A DNA stretch of 50,735 nt from Gemmatimonadota bacterium (GCA_016199245.1 JACQHC010000150.1:1-50735), one strand, 5' to 3'; shown: positions 18,573 through 28,205, counted from the stretch's first letter. Numbers and translations: made by a program. The notes: generated by a model not told the origin, from the sequence alone.

Positions 18573-19248
18573 ACTTGTTCAGGTGCTGCACGAACTTGTA
18601 CCCGCGGACATCCAGCCGGAGCTCGAGCCCCTGCACGCCATTCGCTCCGACCTGAAGGGGTTGCCCCGCCAACGGGGTTGCGCGCTCGTGCCAGACGTGC
18701 ACCGTATACTCGCCGGGTGGGACGCCGGTGATGGCGAACGAACCGTCCCCCGCAGGTTGCGCGTACCACGGCGCGTCGCGCACCACGATAAACGCGCTCA
18801 TTTGCGCGTGCACGTTACAATACACGCGGATGATTCCCGGCCTGGTGAACTGATGCGACTTCGCCTGCCCGCGACTGTAAAGCCCCAGATCGAATTGCGC
18901 TTCCTCCGACAGCGAGAAGACATTGTGGTCGAAAGCGTCGCTGTTGGGGAACGACACAGTGCTCCCGATGGGAACCACAGTCACCCGGGGTCGGAATTCC
19001 TTGTCCGCCGCGACGATCTGGGCGCTGATGGACTTCACTGCGCCGGGGCTCGCAGGCTGGAGCCAGACCACCGCCTGCCCGACATCCTGGGCGGACTTGT
19101 CACCGCGCTCGAGCACCAGCACGCGCCCCGTCACGGTGTTCGGCTGCTGGGCCGCGCTCGCGGCGGCCGTGGCCGTGAGCAGAACCAGCCCTGCCGGGAT
19201 CCGGCATCGATCGAGCGCGCGTGTTAGCCGGGCAGCGAAGCAGGGCAT
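18535..19248 (-). CDS. Secreted cupredoxin-like / carboxypeptidase-regulatory-like protein ('methylamine utilization protein'-like)
   Basis: Signal peptide; FPNSDAFDHNVFS, FDLGLY and CNVHAQM motifs; then GSFAITGVPPGEYTVHVWH and C-terminal HLNKFGQPY. Confidence 0.75.
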   Translation of the reverse strand: MPCFAARLTRALDRCRIPAGLVLLTATAAASAAQQPNTVTGRVLVLERGDKSAQDVGQAVVWLQPASPGAVKSISAQIVAADKEFRPRVTVVPIGSTVSFPNSDAFDHNVFSLSEEAQFDLGLYSRGQAKSHQFTRPGIIRVYCNVHAQMSAFIVVRDAPWYAQPAGDGSFAITGVPPGEYTVHVWHERATPLAGQPLQVGANGVQGLELRLDVRGYKFVQHLNKFGQPYARRGRRY

Positions 19249-19314
19249 TTCGTGAACAGGTTAGCCGATTTCGGAAGAACCGTCAACGCGACTCTCAGCG
19301 ACGGAGCCAACTCC

Positions 19315-20571
19315 ATGCGTACGTGCAACCTAGTGTTCGCCGTCCTGCTGCTCTGCGCCGCTCCGCTAATCGCCCAGGAGCAGACCGCCGACACGTCACT
19401 CGCCGCGCGGCTGGCCCGGGCGGAGCGGACCATTGAGATGTTGCGCGCGCAGGTGGCGGAAGCAGCCGCGCAGCGAGCCGAGTCGCGATCCCGGCGGCGC
19501 CTTGAATTCTCCGGTCGTGTCCTGGTCAACGCCTTCTTCAACAACGGAAAGGTCAACAACAGCGACGTACCCCAGTTCGTCTTGCCGCCGGACCCGCCGG
19601 TCCTGCCGGCGAGCGCGGCGGGGGCGACCGTGCGGCAATCTCAACTCGCACTGACCGCGTTCGCCTCGGGAGTGGGCGGAGGTGAGTTCACCGGCGAGCT
19701 GGACATGGACTTCTTCGGCGGGCAGCAGCCCTCGTCCGGGGGACGCACGTTCCCTTTGATGCGGCTCCGGCGAATGCGGGCCGAACTGACCTGGCCCCAC
19801 GCCTGGCTCCTGATCGGTCAAGAGGCCCCGCCAATTGCCGAGGTTAACCCATCAAGCCTCGCGCAGATCGGGTTCACGGGATTCGCGGCGTCGGGCAATC
19901 TGTGGCTGTGGATTCCACAGGTCCGAGCCGGTATCGGCGCGGGAACCTCTGTCCGGCTCGGCGTAGAAGCCGCGGCGCTAGCGCCAACCACGGGAGACCC
20001 GCAGGCAGTATTCGCCACACAACCGGACCGCGCCGAGCGGAGCCGCCGTCCGTTCGCGCAGGGGCGGCTTCGGATCTCGTGGGAGGAGGCCCAGACCAGC
20101 GGCGAGCTCAGCATTGGCGGGCACTACGGCTGGCTCGCCATCGCTGGCGACACGCTCGCGGTGTCGAAAGCGGCCGCTGTGAGCGCGCTGCTGGCCGCGG
20201 GGCCCGTAGAGTTACGCGGAGAGGCCTTCGTCGGTGAGGCGCTGGCCGGACTCGGCGGCGGCGGGATCGGGCAGAACCTCGGCCCGGGCGACCAACCGGT
20301 GCGATCCAAGGGAGGGTGGGTACAGCTCAACATCAAGCCGGTATCTTCGTGGGAACTGGGCGGTGGCTACGGCATTGACGACCCTGAGGACCTGGACCTC
20401 AATCCACTGACGGCCCGCTTGAGGAACGTGTCGTGGGAAGGTCATGTCCATTGGCGCCCGCAGCCGCTCGTGTTCGGGGCCGAGTTCCGCCGGCTGGAAA
20501 CCAGGTACGCGGCGCCGACGGGTGTCCTGTGGGTGAACCACCTGAACGTAGCGGCCGGGTTCGAGTTCTAG
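19315..20571 (+). CDS. Outer-membrane beta-barrel porin-like protein with N-terminal coiled coil (DcaP-like)
   Basis: Signal peptide, coiled coil LAARLARAERTIEMLRAQ, GELDMDFFGG...MRLRR motif, amphipathic strands and C-terminal FEF. Confidence 0.7.
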   Translation: MRTCNLVFAVLLLCAAPLIAQEQTADTSLAARLARAERTIEMLRAQVAEAAAQRAESRSRRRLEFSGRVLVNAFFNNGKVNNSDVPQFVLPPDPPVLPASAAGATVRQSQLALTAFASGVGGGEFTGELDMDFFGGQQPSSGGRTFPLMRLRRMRAELTWPHAWLLIGQEAPPIAEVNPSSLAQIGFTGFAASGNLWLWIPQVRAGIGAGTSVRLGVEAAALAPTTGDPQAVFATQPDRAERSRRPFAQGRLRISWEEAQTSGELSIGGHYGWLAIAGDTLAVSKAAAVSALLAAGPVELRGEAFVGEALAGLGGGGIGQNLGPGDQPVRSKGGWVQLNIKPVSSWELGGGYGIDDPEDLDLNPLTARLRNVSWEGHVHWRPQPLVFGAEFRRLETRYAAPTGVLWVNHLNVAAGFEF

Positions 20572-20617
20572 CGGGAAGCGGGAAAAACCGATACATCCGT
20601 ACTAGGACTTGATCATC

Positions 20618-22051
20618 ATGATTCCGGACCCGGGTCTCTCCCCTCCCGGATCGCCCCCGGAGCCTGCCCGCCTCATCTGCCCGCGCTGCCGCGTCGGCGA
20701 GGTGACGTACGAGCACGCCGTCTGCGGGCTGTGCGGCTACTCGGTCGCGACGGGCGAAGTAGCAGACGACCCCGTCCCACCAGCGATCGAGGACGCCGTG
20801 CGCCGCGAGCTGGGCGAGCAGTTCCGAGTGGACCGGCTGCTCGGACGGGGCGGGATGTCCCTGGTTTATCTCGCCCGCGAGCTGGAGCTCAACCGCTACG
20901 TCGCGCTGAAGGTCCTCCCGCTCCAGCTCGTGCTGGGCCCCGATGCCGCGGACCGCTTCAAGCGCGAGGCCAAGGTCGGCGCCGCGCTGGACCATCCCCA
21001 CATCGTCCCGGTACTCCGCATCGGCGCGACCGCGACCTTCCTGTGGTACTCGATGCGCTGGGCGAAGGGCGGATCGTTGCGCGAGGTCCTGAATCGGTCG
21101 GGCCCGTTGAGTTTGGGCGATGCGCTCAGCGTGATCCAACCCGTGGCGAATGCTCTGTACTACGCCCACCAGCGCGGGGTCATCCACCGCGACGTGAAGC
21201 CGGCCAACGTGCTCGTGGACGATGCCGGCTGGGTTTCCCTGTGCGATTTCGGGATCGCGAAGCTGTTCGGCGCCATCCCCCTTACCCAAACCGGCGCCAC
21301 GGTCGGAACACCGGGGTACATCCCTCCCGAGCAATGTTACGGACACGCGGTGGACGGGAGGGCGGATGAATACTCGCTCGCGATGATGACGTATGAGTGT
21401 CTCACCGGGAGCCTGCCCTTCACTGCGGACTCGCTGGGCGAGATCGTGCGAAAGCACTGCATGGAACCGCCGCCGCGGGTGACTGATGCGCGCCCGGATC
21501 TTCCCAACTCGGTCGCCGACGCTCTCTTGCGTGCGATGAGCAAGACCCCGAACGATCGCTTCGACACCGTCGTGGATTTCGTGCGAGCCATGGGCGGCGA
21601 CGTGGCGGCGCCGCCGTCACCGCTGAACGCGGGACTCGTGTCCCTGCCCGACGTTTCCACAAGTCCCACTCCTGAAGCACTCGCGAATCGAGCGCGGCTG
21701 CCATGGGTCGCGGCGGGCCTCGCGGGACTCGTCGCTTTGACCGCCGTGTCCGCGCTCCTGACCCGTGGGTCACCGAACGAAGCGCCATCGCTCGGTGCGC
21801 GAACAGCTGATTCTCTCACGCCCACGGAGGCGCCGGGGTTGCTGTGGGTCAATTCGAGCCCCTGGGGATATCTCTCCGTGGACGGCCGTCCGCTCGGAGC
21901 CACGCCGGCCATGCGCGTGGAGGTCCCCCCTGGGAGGCACCGAGTGCGGATCTCGCGCGACGGCTTCGAGCAGTACGAGCAAGACATCGAGATCGGCTCG
22001 GGTGAGGAAATCCGTCTCACGCAGATCGAGCTTCGCCGATCCGCGCGATGA
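20618..22051 (+). CDS. Ser/Thr kinase with N-terminal zinc ribbon, TM helix and C-terminal PEGA domain
   Basis: CPRC..CGLC; GRGGMSLVY, VALK, HRDVKPAN, DFG; TM; LWVNSSPWGYLSVDGRPLGATP...PGRHRVRISRDGF (PEGA). Confidence 0.9.
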   Translation: MIPDPGLSPPGSPPEPARLICPRCRVGEVTYEHAVCGLCGYSVATGEVADDPVPPAIEDAVRRELGEQFRVDRLLGRGGMSLVYLARELELNRYVALKVLPLQLVLGPDAADRFKREAKVGAALDHPHIVPVLRIGATATFLWYSMRWAKGGSLREVLNRSGPLSLGDALSVIQPVANALYYAHQRGVIHRDVKPANVLVDDAGWVSLCDFGIAKLFGAIPLTQTGATVGTPGYIPPEQCYGHAVDGRADEYSLAMMTYECLTGSLPFTADSLGEIVRKHCMEPPPRVTDARPDLPNSVADALLRAMSKTPNDRFDTVVDFVRAMGGDVAAPPSPLNAGLVSLPDVSTSPTPEALANRARLPWVAAGLAGLVALTAVSALLTRGSPNEAPSLGARTADSLTPTEAPGLLWVNSSPWGYLSVDGRPLGATPAMRVEVPPGRHRVRISRDGFEQYEQDIEIGSGEEIRLTQIELRRSAR

Positions 22052-23067
22052 GACTGCCTCTCACCGCGGTGGCCGCGCTGGCGCTGACGGCCGCCGGGCC
22101 GGCACCAGCGCAACAGGACCTCACGACCGTGCTCGTGACCGAGGGGATCGCGGCGTACAACGATCTCGAGTTCGCCGCCGCGGCGCGCCTGCTGCGCCGT
22201 GCGATCGACGGGAGTGTCCGGCCTCTCCCTGGAGCCGAGCGCAAGCGAGCCCTCATGTACCTGGGGGCTGCCGAGCACTTTCTGGAACAGCGCGAGCGCG
22301 CCGTGGATGTCTTCCGCGAATTGGCGCTCGACGACCCGACCTTTCGACCCGACTCCCTGGTGTTTCCACCCCGCGTCACGCGGCTGTTCGACGAGGCGAG
22401 GCAAACCGCCAAGGGAGTGGCGATCGCGCTCCCGGCCGAGCAGCGGCTCATGCCCGGCCAGCCGGGGCTCGCGATTACGATAAACGCCACGTCCCCACAC
22501 CTCATTACAGCAACGTTGCGGACCGCGCGGGGCGACGTCGTGCGTCATCTTTATGACGGTCGCATAGAGGAGCGCATCGTGCTACGGTGGAACGGACTGG
22601 ACGAGAGCGGCGACGTGCTCTCCACCGGGCTGTATCATGTCGAAGTGACATCCATGGTCACACCCGGCGCGGTGCTGCGGCTGGTCCGGATTCCGTTAGA
22701 CGTCCGGACGACCCACGCTGACACGTTGCCCTGGCCACCCCAGGGACCCAAGGCAGCAGGCGCCCCCGACCTGCGGGTCCTGGTGCCTGGCCTCGCCGCA
22801 GGGTTGGTCCTCGCGCTCCCGCCCCTGTTCGGGGACGTGGGTGCTGAAGGCGCGCGCGTTGGGCTCGGCGCAGCGGTGGCCGGTCTCGGCCTGGCGTTGT
22901 CGCTCCGCCCGCGGCGTGAGGCCGGTGCCCCTGTCGCCGAAGAGTGGCAGCGCAGCGTGGCCCGAGTGCGCGAGGAAAACGCCCGGCGCCGCCGGACGGC
23001 GTCAATTCTCGTGAGCCCAGGAGTTCCACAGCGGATGGAAGGCACGGGGGAAAGAAACGGGCGATGA
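22048..23067 (+). CDS. Exported TPR-like + FlgD-Ig-like domain protein with C-terminal hydrophobic helices
   Basis: Signal peptide; helical GIAAYNDLEFAAAARLL; LRWNGLDESGDVLSTGLYHVEV; ATGA overlap with the kinase. Confidence 0.65.
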   Translation: MRLPLTAVAALALTAAGPAPAQQDLTTVLVTEGIAAYNDLEFAAAARLLRRAIDGSVRPLPGAERKRALMYLGAAEHFLEQRERAVDVFRELALDDPTFRPDSLVFPPRVTRLFDEARQTAKGVAIALPAEQRLMPGQPGLAITINATSPHLITATLRTARGDVVRHLYDGRIEERIVLRWNGLDESGDVLSTGLYHVEVTSMVTPGAVLRLVRIPLDVRTTHADTLPWPPQGPKAAGAPDLRVLVPGLAAGLVLALPPLFGDVGAEGARVGLGAAVAGLGLALSLRPRREAGAPVAEEWQRSVARVREENARRRRTASILVSPGVPQRMEGTGERNGR

Positions 23068-23096
23068 TGGGCGATGATGGGCGATGATGGGCGACC
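23059..23096. repeat. GGGCGATGAT x3 tandem repeat overlapping a stop codon
   Basis: gggcgatgat gggcgatgat gggcgatgat gggcgacc. Confidence 0.9.
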
Positions 23097-23110
23097 GAGA
23101 ATAGGGCATA

Positions 23111-24067
23111 ATGCAGCCGGCGTATACGTACCTGTCGCGCTCTGAGCTTGCAGATCGCGTCGAACGGGCGCTCGCCAGCCTGGCGGACTGCCGCGCGTGC
23201 CCGCGCGACTGCGGCGTGAATCGACTGGAGGACAAATGGGCCGCCTGCAAGACGGGCCGCTACGCGGTCGTCTCCAGTTATTTCCCGCATTTCGGTGAAG
23301 AAGATTGCCTGCGCGGCTGCAACGGCTCCGGGACGATCTTCTTCAGTCACTGCAATCTCCGATGCGTCTTCTGCCAGAACTTCGACATCAGCCAGGCCAT
23401 CCGCCCGGGGGCGCGTTCCGGACATCGCCCCCTGGAGATCGCGGCGATGATGCTGGAGCTGCAGGATCGCGGGTGCCACAACATCAACTTCGTGACTCCG
23501 GAGCACGTGGTGCCCCAGATCGTCGAGGCCCTGGTCCCGGCCATCGACCGGGGGCTGGCGCTGCCGCTCGTGTACAACACGAGCGCCTACGACTCGCTGG
23601 AGAGCCTGGCCGTCATGGACGGGCTGGTGGACATCTACATGCCGGATTTCAAATACTGGTCGAGCGAGGCGAGCCAGAGCTACCTCAAGGCGGACAACTA
23701 CCCGGATGCCGCGCGCGCGGCGATCAGCGAAATGCACCGGCAGGTCGGCCCTCTCGCGCTCAACGCCGATGGAATCGCGCAGCGAGGCCTCTTGATCCGT
23801 CACCTCGTGATGCCGGGATGCCTCGACGAGACGCGAGCCATCCTCGAGTGGATCGCCGCCGAGCTCGGGCCGGACACCTATGTGAACCTGATGGATCAGT
23901 ACCACCCGGCGGGGAAGGTGGCAGCAACGAGTTATCCCGAAATCAACCGCCGGCTCACGACACGGGAATTCGCCGAAGCTCGCCGGATCGCGCGAGAGAT
24001 TGGGCTCCGGCGGCTGGATGAGCGCCGCCCGCATCCCGGGCTCGTGCGGCGCATCGTCTTGGCCTAG
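23111..24067 (+). CDS. Radical SAM protein, PflX-like
   Basis: CNLRCVFC (CxxxCxxC), N-terminal CRACPRDC, HFGEEDCL, GCHNINFVTP and DIYMPDFKY motifs. Confidence 0.9.
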   Translation: MQPAYTYLSRSELADRVERALASLADCRACPRDCGVNRLEDKWAACKTGRYAVVSSYFPHFGEEDCLRGCNGSGTIFFSHCNLRCVFCQNFDISQAIRPGARSGHRPLEIAAMMLELQDRGCHNINFVTPEHVVPQIVEALVPAIDRGLALPLVYNTSAYDSLESLAVMDGLVDIYMPDFKYWSSEASQSYLKADNYPDAARAAISEMHRQVGPLALNADGIAQRGLLIRHLVMPGCLDETRAILEWIAAELGPDTYVNLMDQYHPAGKVAATSYPEINRRLTTREFAEARRIAREIGLRRLDERRPHPGLVRRIVLA

Positions 24068-24080
24068 CAGATCCTCTCGG

Positions 24081-25586
24081 CTACCCCGCCGTTTCCTCGC
24101 AGTGCTCCGCGAGCCGGTCCGCGAGACGGCTCACGCGCGCCGTCCTGGACCGCACGACGGCGCGGTAGATGGCCCGCGAGAGACCGAACGTGCCGCCGAT
24201 CGCCGCCAGGGCCGCCGTGATGGCGACTTCGATCGGCAGGTCGAGCGCGGCCAGGCCGACCGAAAGGATGGTCGCCGCCAGCGCCCCACCACCGCCACCC
24301 ATCACGCCGCCGAAAACGCCGCCCGCGATGTCCTCGAGCCGTTGCTCGACCGTGATGCGCGTGCGCCCGTTTCGCGACACGATGCGCACGATCGCGTGGG
24401 GCGGATCACCCTCCCATCCCTCCCCGAACATCTCGCCCCAGTCGGTGAGCTTGAGCGGTTTCTTCGGCCGGCGGGCTGTCCAGATCAGTGTCCGGCCCTT
24501 GTGCGACGCGTAGCCCATGACGCCGAACGTGGCCCGGGCCTCCTCGATCAGCGCATCGTGCTCCGACTCCGGCACCTCACCATCGGTCACGCGCTCGGCG
24601 ACGGCGAGCGTGGGCGAGCCCAGGAAGCCGGAGCGGGATACCATGGCGGGTGCCGCAGGGGCAACCGGCGCCTCAGGCTCCGCCGAACCTGGCGCCGCCG
24701 GCGTCCGGTGCTGTGCGAGTGGCGCCGACACTCTGGCCGAGGTGGTGAAGTCGGCGGGGTTCTCGAGCGCGCTCGCGAACTCCCCCGGTGTCGGAAAGCG
24801 TTCCCCGCGCTGCACGGCCATCGCCCGAACGAGCGCCCGCTCCATGCCGCGCGGCAGGCGGTCGATCTTGGCGCGGTGCTCGGGCGAGGCATCGAGCAGC
24901 CGCCCTGCGCGCAGCGCATCCTCCGACACCCAGAGCCCCGGAATGCCGCCAACCAACGTCTCGTACGTCACGACGCCCAGGCTGTACACGTCGGTCCGGG
25001 CATCGAGATCGGTGGAGCCCGCGGCCTGCTCCGGGCTCATGTACCCCGGAGTTCCCAGAGCGATTCCGGTGCGAGTGAGCTCTGCGCCTCCAGCCGAGCT
25101 CACGGCCTTCGCGATTCCGAAGTCGGCGACGACCGCTTGCCCTTCCGGCAGGAGGATGTTCTCCGGCTTGATGTCGCGGTGCAGGACGCCCTGGCGGTGT
25201 GCGTAGTCCAGCGCGTCCGCGACCTGCCGGGTCAGCTGGAGCGCACCGGGGACATCTACCAGGCCGAGCCGGCTGAGTAGGCCGCGGAGCGACTCGCCTT
25301 CGACGTACGGCATCACATAGTACAACAGTCCGCCGGCGTCCCCGGAGTCGTAGAGCGGCAGGATGTGCGGATGGCTGAGCCGCGCGGCGATCTCGATCTC
25401 CTTGAGGAAGCGCGCTGGCCCCACAGACGCCGCAAGATCCTGGCGCAACACTTTGATCGCCACGCGGCGGCGGTGGCGCTGATCCTGCGCACGGTACACG
25501 GTCGCCATCCCGCCGCGGCCGATGACGTCCTCGATCGTGTAGCGGTCCGCCAGACCATCCAGCAGTTCCGCGGGCAGCTGGGTCAT
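24081..25586 (-). CDS. Ser/Thr protein kinase with uncharacterised C-terminal membrane domain
   Basis: GRGGMATVY, VAIK, HRDIKPEN, DFG and GTPGYMSPEQ motifs; two C-terminal TM helices. Confidence 0.9.
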   Translation of the reverse strand: MTQLPAELLDGLADRYTIEDVIGRGGMATVYRAQDQRHRRRVAIKVLRQDLAASVGPARFLKEIEIAARLSHPHILPLYDSGDAGGLLYYVMPYVEGESLRGLLSRLGLVDVPGALQLTRQVADALDYAHRQGVLHRDIKPENILLPEGQAVVADFGIAKAVSSAGGAELTRTGIALGTPGYMSPEQAAGSTDLDARTDVYSLGVVTYETLVGGIPGLWVSEDALRAGRLLDASPEHRAKIDRLPRGMERALVRAMAVQRGERFPTPGEFASALENPADFTTSARVSAPLAQHRTPAAPGSAEPEAPVAPAAPAMVSRSGFLGSPTLAVAERVTDGEVPESEHDALIEEARATFGVMGYASHKGRTLIWTARRPKKPLKLTDWGEMFGEGWEGDPPHAIVRIVSRNGRTRITVEQRLEDIAGGVFGGVMGGGGGALAATILSVGLAALDLPIEVAITAALAAIGGTFGLSRAIYRAVVRSRTARVSRLADRLAEHCEETAG

Positions 25587-25705
25587 ACGCGACGTTGCGC
25601 TCCGGAGTGCGGCAATGGACACCAGACGCCGTTGGGCATTGTCACGCCGCAGCCTGCCGTCTCACATTGAAACCAGATCATCGTTCGGACGTACGATACA
25701 TCGCA

Positions 25706-26527
25706 ATGCTCAGTTTCATACTGGTTGCGGCGGCACAGCTCCAGATCCCGACGCCCGCTGGGTACGTCAACGACTTCGCTGGCGTAATCAACGCAGAGTC
25801 GGCGCGCCTGATGGGCACGGTCATCGACGAAGTCCGCGCCAAGTCAGGTGGCGAGATCGTCGTAGTGACGCTGCCCGAATTGGGCGGACGGCCTTCCATA
25901 GAGGTCGCGCGCGACATCGGCCGCCAATGGCGTGTGGGCGCCCGCGGTGGGCCCGGTGATCGCGCGCGGAACGCCGGGGTCATCCTCTTGCTCAAACCAG
26001 GCCGCCAACCCGGCGACGGTCTAGCTGACCTCGCTATCGCCACGGGCGCAGGCGCCGAAGGGTTTATCACCGACGCCCGCGCGGGCAGAATCCGGGACGC
26101 CATCGGACGAGCGGCGGCGGAGGAAGGCAGCTACGGCGCTGGACTCGCGGCGGGCGTGTGGCTCCTCGCGCAGGCGTACGCCCAGGAGTTCGAGTTCGAG
26201 CTGACCGGCGAGCCGCCGGTGCTGGCGGAGCGCGACGGGATGCCCGGTGTGGCCGTGGCCGGACAGTTCCTGCTTTTCATGCTGGTCTTGAGTCTCATGT
26301 TACGGCGCGCCTATCGACAGGCTGCGTACCGCCGCGGCTATTATCGCGTGCCGAGAGGTCGGGAATGGGTCGTTCTCGGCACCATGTTGCGTGGCAGCCT
26401 TCGCGGCGGTAGACGCGGAGGCTGGGGCAGTGGGTTTGGTGGCGGCGGGTTCGGGGGCGGCGGCGGGTTTGGCGGGTTTGGTGGCGGGGGTGGGTTCTCC
26501 GGCGGCGGCGCATCGGGGAGGTTCTAG
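25706..26527 (+). CDS. TPM domain protein (YgcG-like) with Gly-rich tail
   Basis: GYVNDFAGVI, EIVVVTLP and IATGAGAEGFITD motifs; TM; GGFSGGGASGRF tail. Confidence 0.9.
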   Translation: MLSFILVAAAQLQIPTPAGYVNDFAGVINAESARLMGTVIDEVRAKSGGEIVVVTLPELGGRPSIEVARDIGRQWRVGARGGPGDRARNAGVILLLKPGRQPGDGLADLAIATGAGAEGFITDARAGRIRDAIGRAAAEEGSYGAGLAAGVWLLAQAYAQEFEFELTGEPPVLAERDGMPGVAVAGQFLLFMLVLSLMLRRAYRQAAYRRGYYRVPRGREWVVLGTMLRGSLRGGRRGGWGSGFGGGGFGGGGGFGGFGGGGGFSGGGASGRF

Positions 26528-26580
26528 TTGCCCCGGCCCCGGCCTCGCATCTTTGGGTTTGACTCCAGGCGGGGGCTCCC

Positions 26581-27486
26581 CTGCTCGCGCTGTGCGTAAC
26601 ATGCCTCTTTCAGCTTCAGCTCCCCGCACCGGTCGGGTTCGTCAACGATTTCTCGAACGTGCTCGATCCCGAATCGGTCCGTCGCATGGTCGCGCTCATT
26701 GAGGAGGTGCGCGCGAGGTCCGGCGGCGAGATTGCCGTGGTCACGCTGCCGGATCTCGGTGGACGCGCTTCTATCGAAGTGGCGCGAGACATCGGCCGAC
26801 AGTGGGGTGTCGGAGCCCGCGGCGGCCCGGGCGACCGCGCTCGGAATGCGGGACTCGTCCTTCTGCTCAAGCCCAGCGCCCGGCCCGGCGACGGGCGCGC
26901 CGAGATCGCGATCGCCACAGGAACGGGCGTCGAGGGGTTCATCACAGACGCCCGGGCCGGACGGATTCGCGATGCCATCGGACGCGTCGCTGTGGAGCGC
27001 GGGAGTTATGCGGCCGGGCTCGTGCACGGAGTGCAGTTGGTCGCACAGGCCTATGCAGAGGAGTTCGGCTTCCGGCTGTCCGGGGTCCCCCGGCCAGTGG
27101 GCCAGACGCGTGTGGTGTGGACCGGCGTCTGGCTGTTTTTCGGAACGCTGCTCATCTGGGGCATGGTGACGGGCATCCGCATGATTCAAGCAGACGACCG
27201 ACAGGTTCGTGACGTCGTGAAGAAGTACCGTCGATATGAGCGCGGCATGTTCGAGCAAAGTTGGATTGATCGAGTCACCAACAAGCGGGTTGGCTGGGTG
27301 CCCGACATCGCCGAGCCGGGAAGGCAAGGAGAAGGCCGCGGCACCTTCGGAAGTGCGTGGCTCACCACCGTGACGGGTGGTGGAGGGGATGACGGCTCGT
27401 GGTCCGGGGGCGGGTTTGGCGGCGGCTTTGGTGGCTTCGGGGGAGGCGGCGGCTTCAGCGGCGGCGGTGCCTCGGGGGTGTTCTGA
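26581..27486 (+). CDS. Second TPM domain protein, probable CTG start
   Basis: Paralog of 25706-26527. Homology (QLQLPAPVGFVNDF) extends upstream of GTG 26659, and CTG 26581 aligns with the paralog's Met1. Confidence 0.85.
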   Translation: MLALCVTCLFQLQLPAPVGFVNDFSNVLDPESVRRMVALIEEVRARSGGEIAVVTLPDLGGRASIEVARDIGRQWGVGARGGPGDRARNAGLVLLLKPSARPGDGRAEIAIATGTGVEGFITDARAGRIRDAIGRVAVERGSYAAGLVHGVQLVAQAYAEEFGFRLSGVPRPVGQTRVVWTGVWLFFGTLLIWGMVTGIRMIQADDRQVRDVVKKYRRYERGMFEQSWIDRVTNKRVGWVPDIAEPGRQGEGRGTFGSAWLTTVTGGGGDDGSWSGGGFGGGFGGFGGGGGFSGGGASGVF

Positions 27487-28205
27487 TGACCAAGGATGTC
27501 AACGCGAGAATCGACGAGCTTGCCCACGCGCTCACGGGGGCGCTCGGCACGAACCTGACTTCGCTCGTCCTCTACGGCTCCGTCGCACGGGGGGACTACG
27601 ATGCGAAGCGGTCCGACGTCAACCTTCTCCTCATCGTGCAAGACGCTTCGCCAACCGCCCTGGCGCCGGCCGGGCCGGCGATCGCCCGCTGGGCCCGCAT
27701 GGGGCAGCCGCCGCCGCTGATGTTTGCCGCGCAGGAATGGCGCGCCTCCACCGACGTGTTCGCCATGGAAATGGAAGAAATGCGTCAGGCGCATCGCGTG
27801 CTCCGAGGGGACGATCCGTTCGTCGGCCTCGAGACCTCGCCGGCCGACGTGCGTCATGAGCTGGAACGGGAGGCCCGGGGAAAGCTGGCACACCTGCGCG
27901 CGCACTACGCCGCCTGCCAGTCGGACGGCCGAGCCCTTGGCGGCCTGCTGCTCAACTCCGCCAAGACGTTCTTTGTACAGTTCCGAACCCTCTTGCGCCT
28001 CAAGGGCACGGTCCCGCCAAGGAAACTCGATGAGCTGGTGGCCGCCACTGCCAGCGTCGTCGGGTTCGATGCCAGCGCCCTGGCCTGGGTGCTGGCAAAG
28101 ACGAGCGGCGGAAAGGCGCCGGACTTGAAACCGCACGACCTGACGGGCGTACGATATGTCGAGGCGATCGAGCGGGTCGTGCGTTTCGTTGACGAGATGG
28201 ATTGA
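27486..28205 (+). CDS. Pol-beta-fold nucleotidyltransferase domain protein with helical C-terminus
   Basis: LVLYGSVARGDYDAKRSDVNLLLIV; TGATG coupling with the TPM gene. Confidence 0.8.
   Translation: MTKDVNARIDELAHALTGALGTNLTSLVLYGSVARGDYDAKRSDVNLLLIVQDASPTALAPAGPAIARWARMGQPPPLMFAAQEWRASTDVFAMEMEEMRQAHRVLRGDDPFVGLETSPADVRHELEREARGKLAHLRAHYAACQSDGRALGGLLLNSAKTFFVQFRTLLRLKGTVPPRKLDELVAATASVVGFDASALAWVLAKTSGGKAPDLKPHDLTGVRYVEAIERVVRFVDEMD

Noticed and set aside
19223-19267. GTTAGCCG direct repeat as an operator in the cupredoxin/porin divergent region
   Set aside because: Only two 8-mers 37 bp apart, one within coding sequence; could be chance.
26420-27486. GGC/GGT-rich repeats at 26420-26525 and 27405-27480
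   Set aside because: They encode the normal Gly-rich C-terminal tails of TPM proteins.
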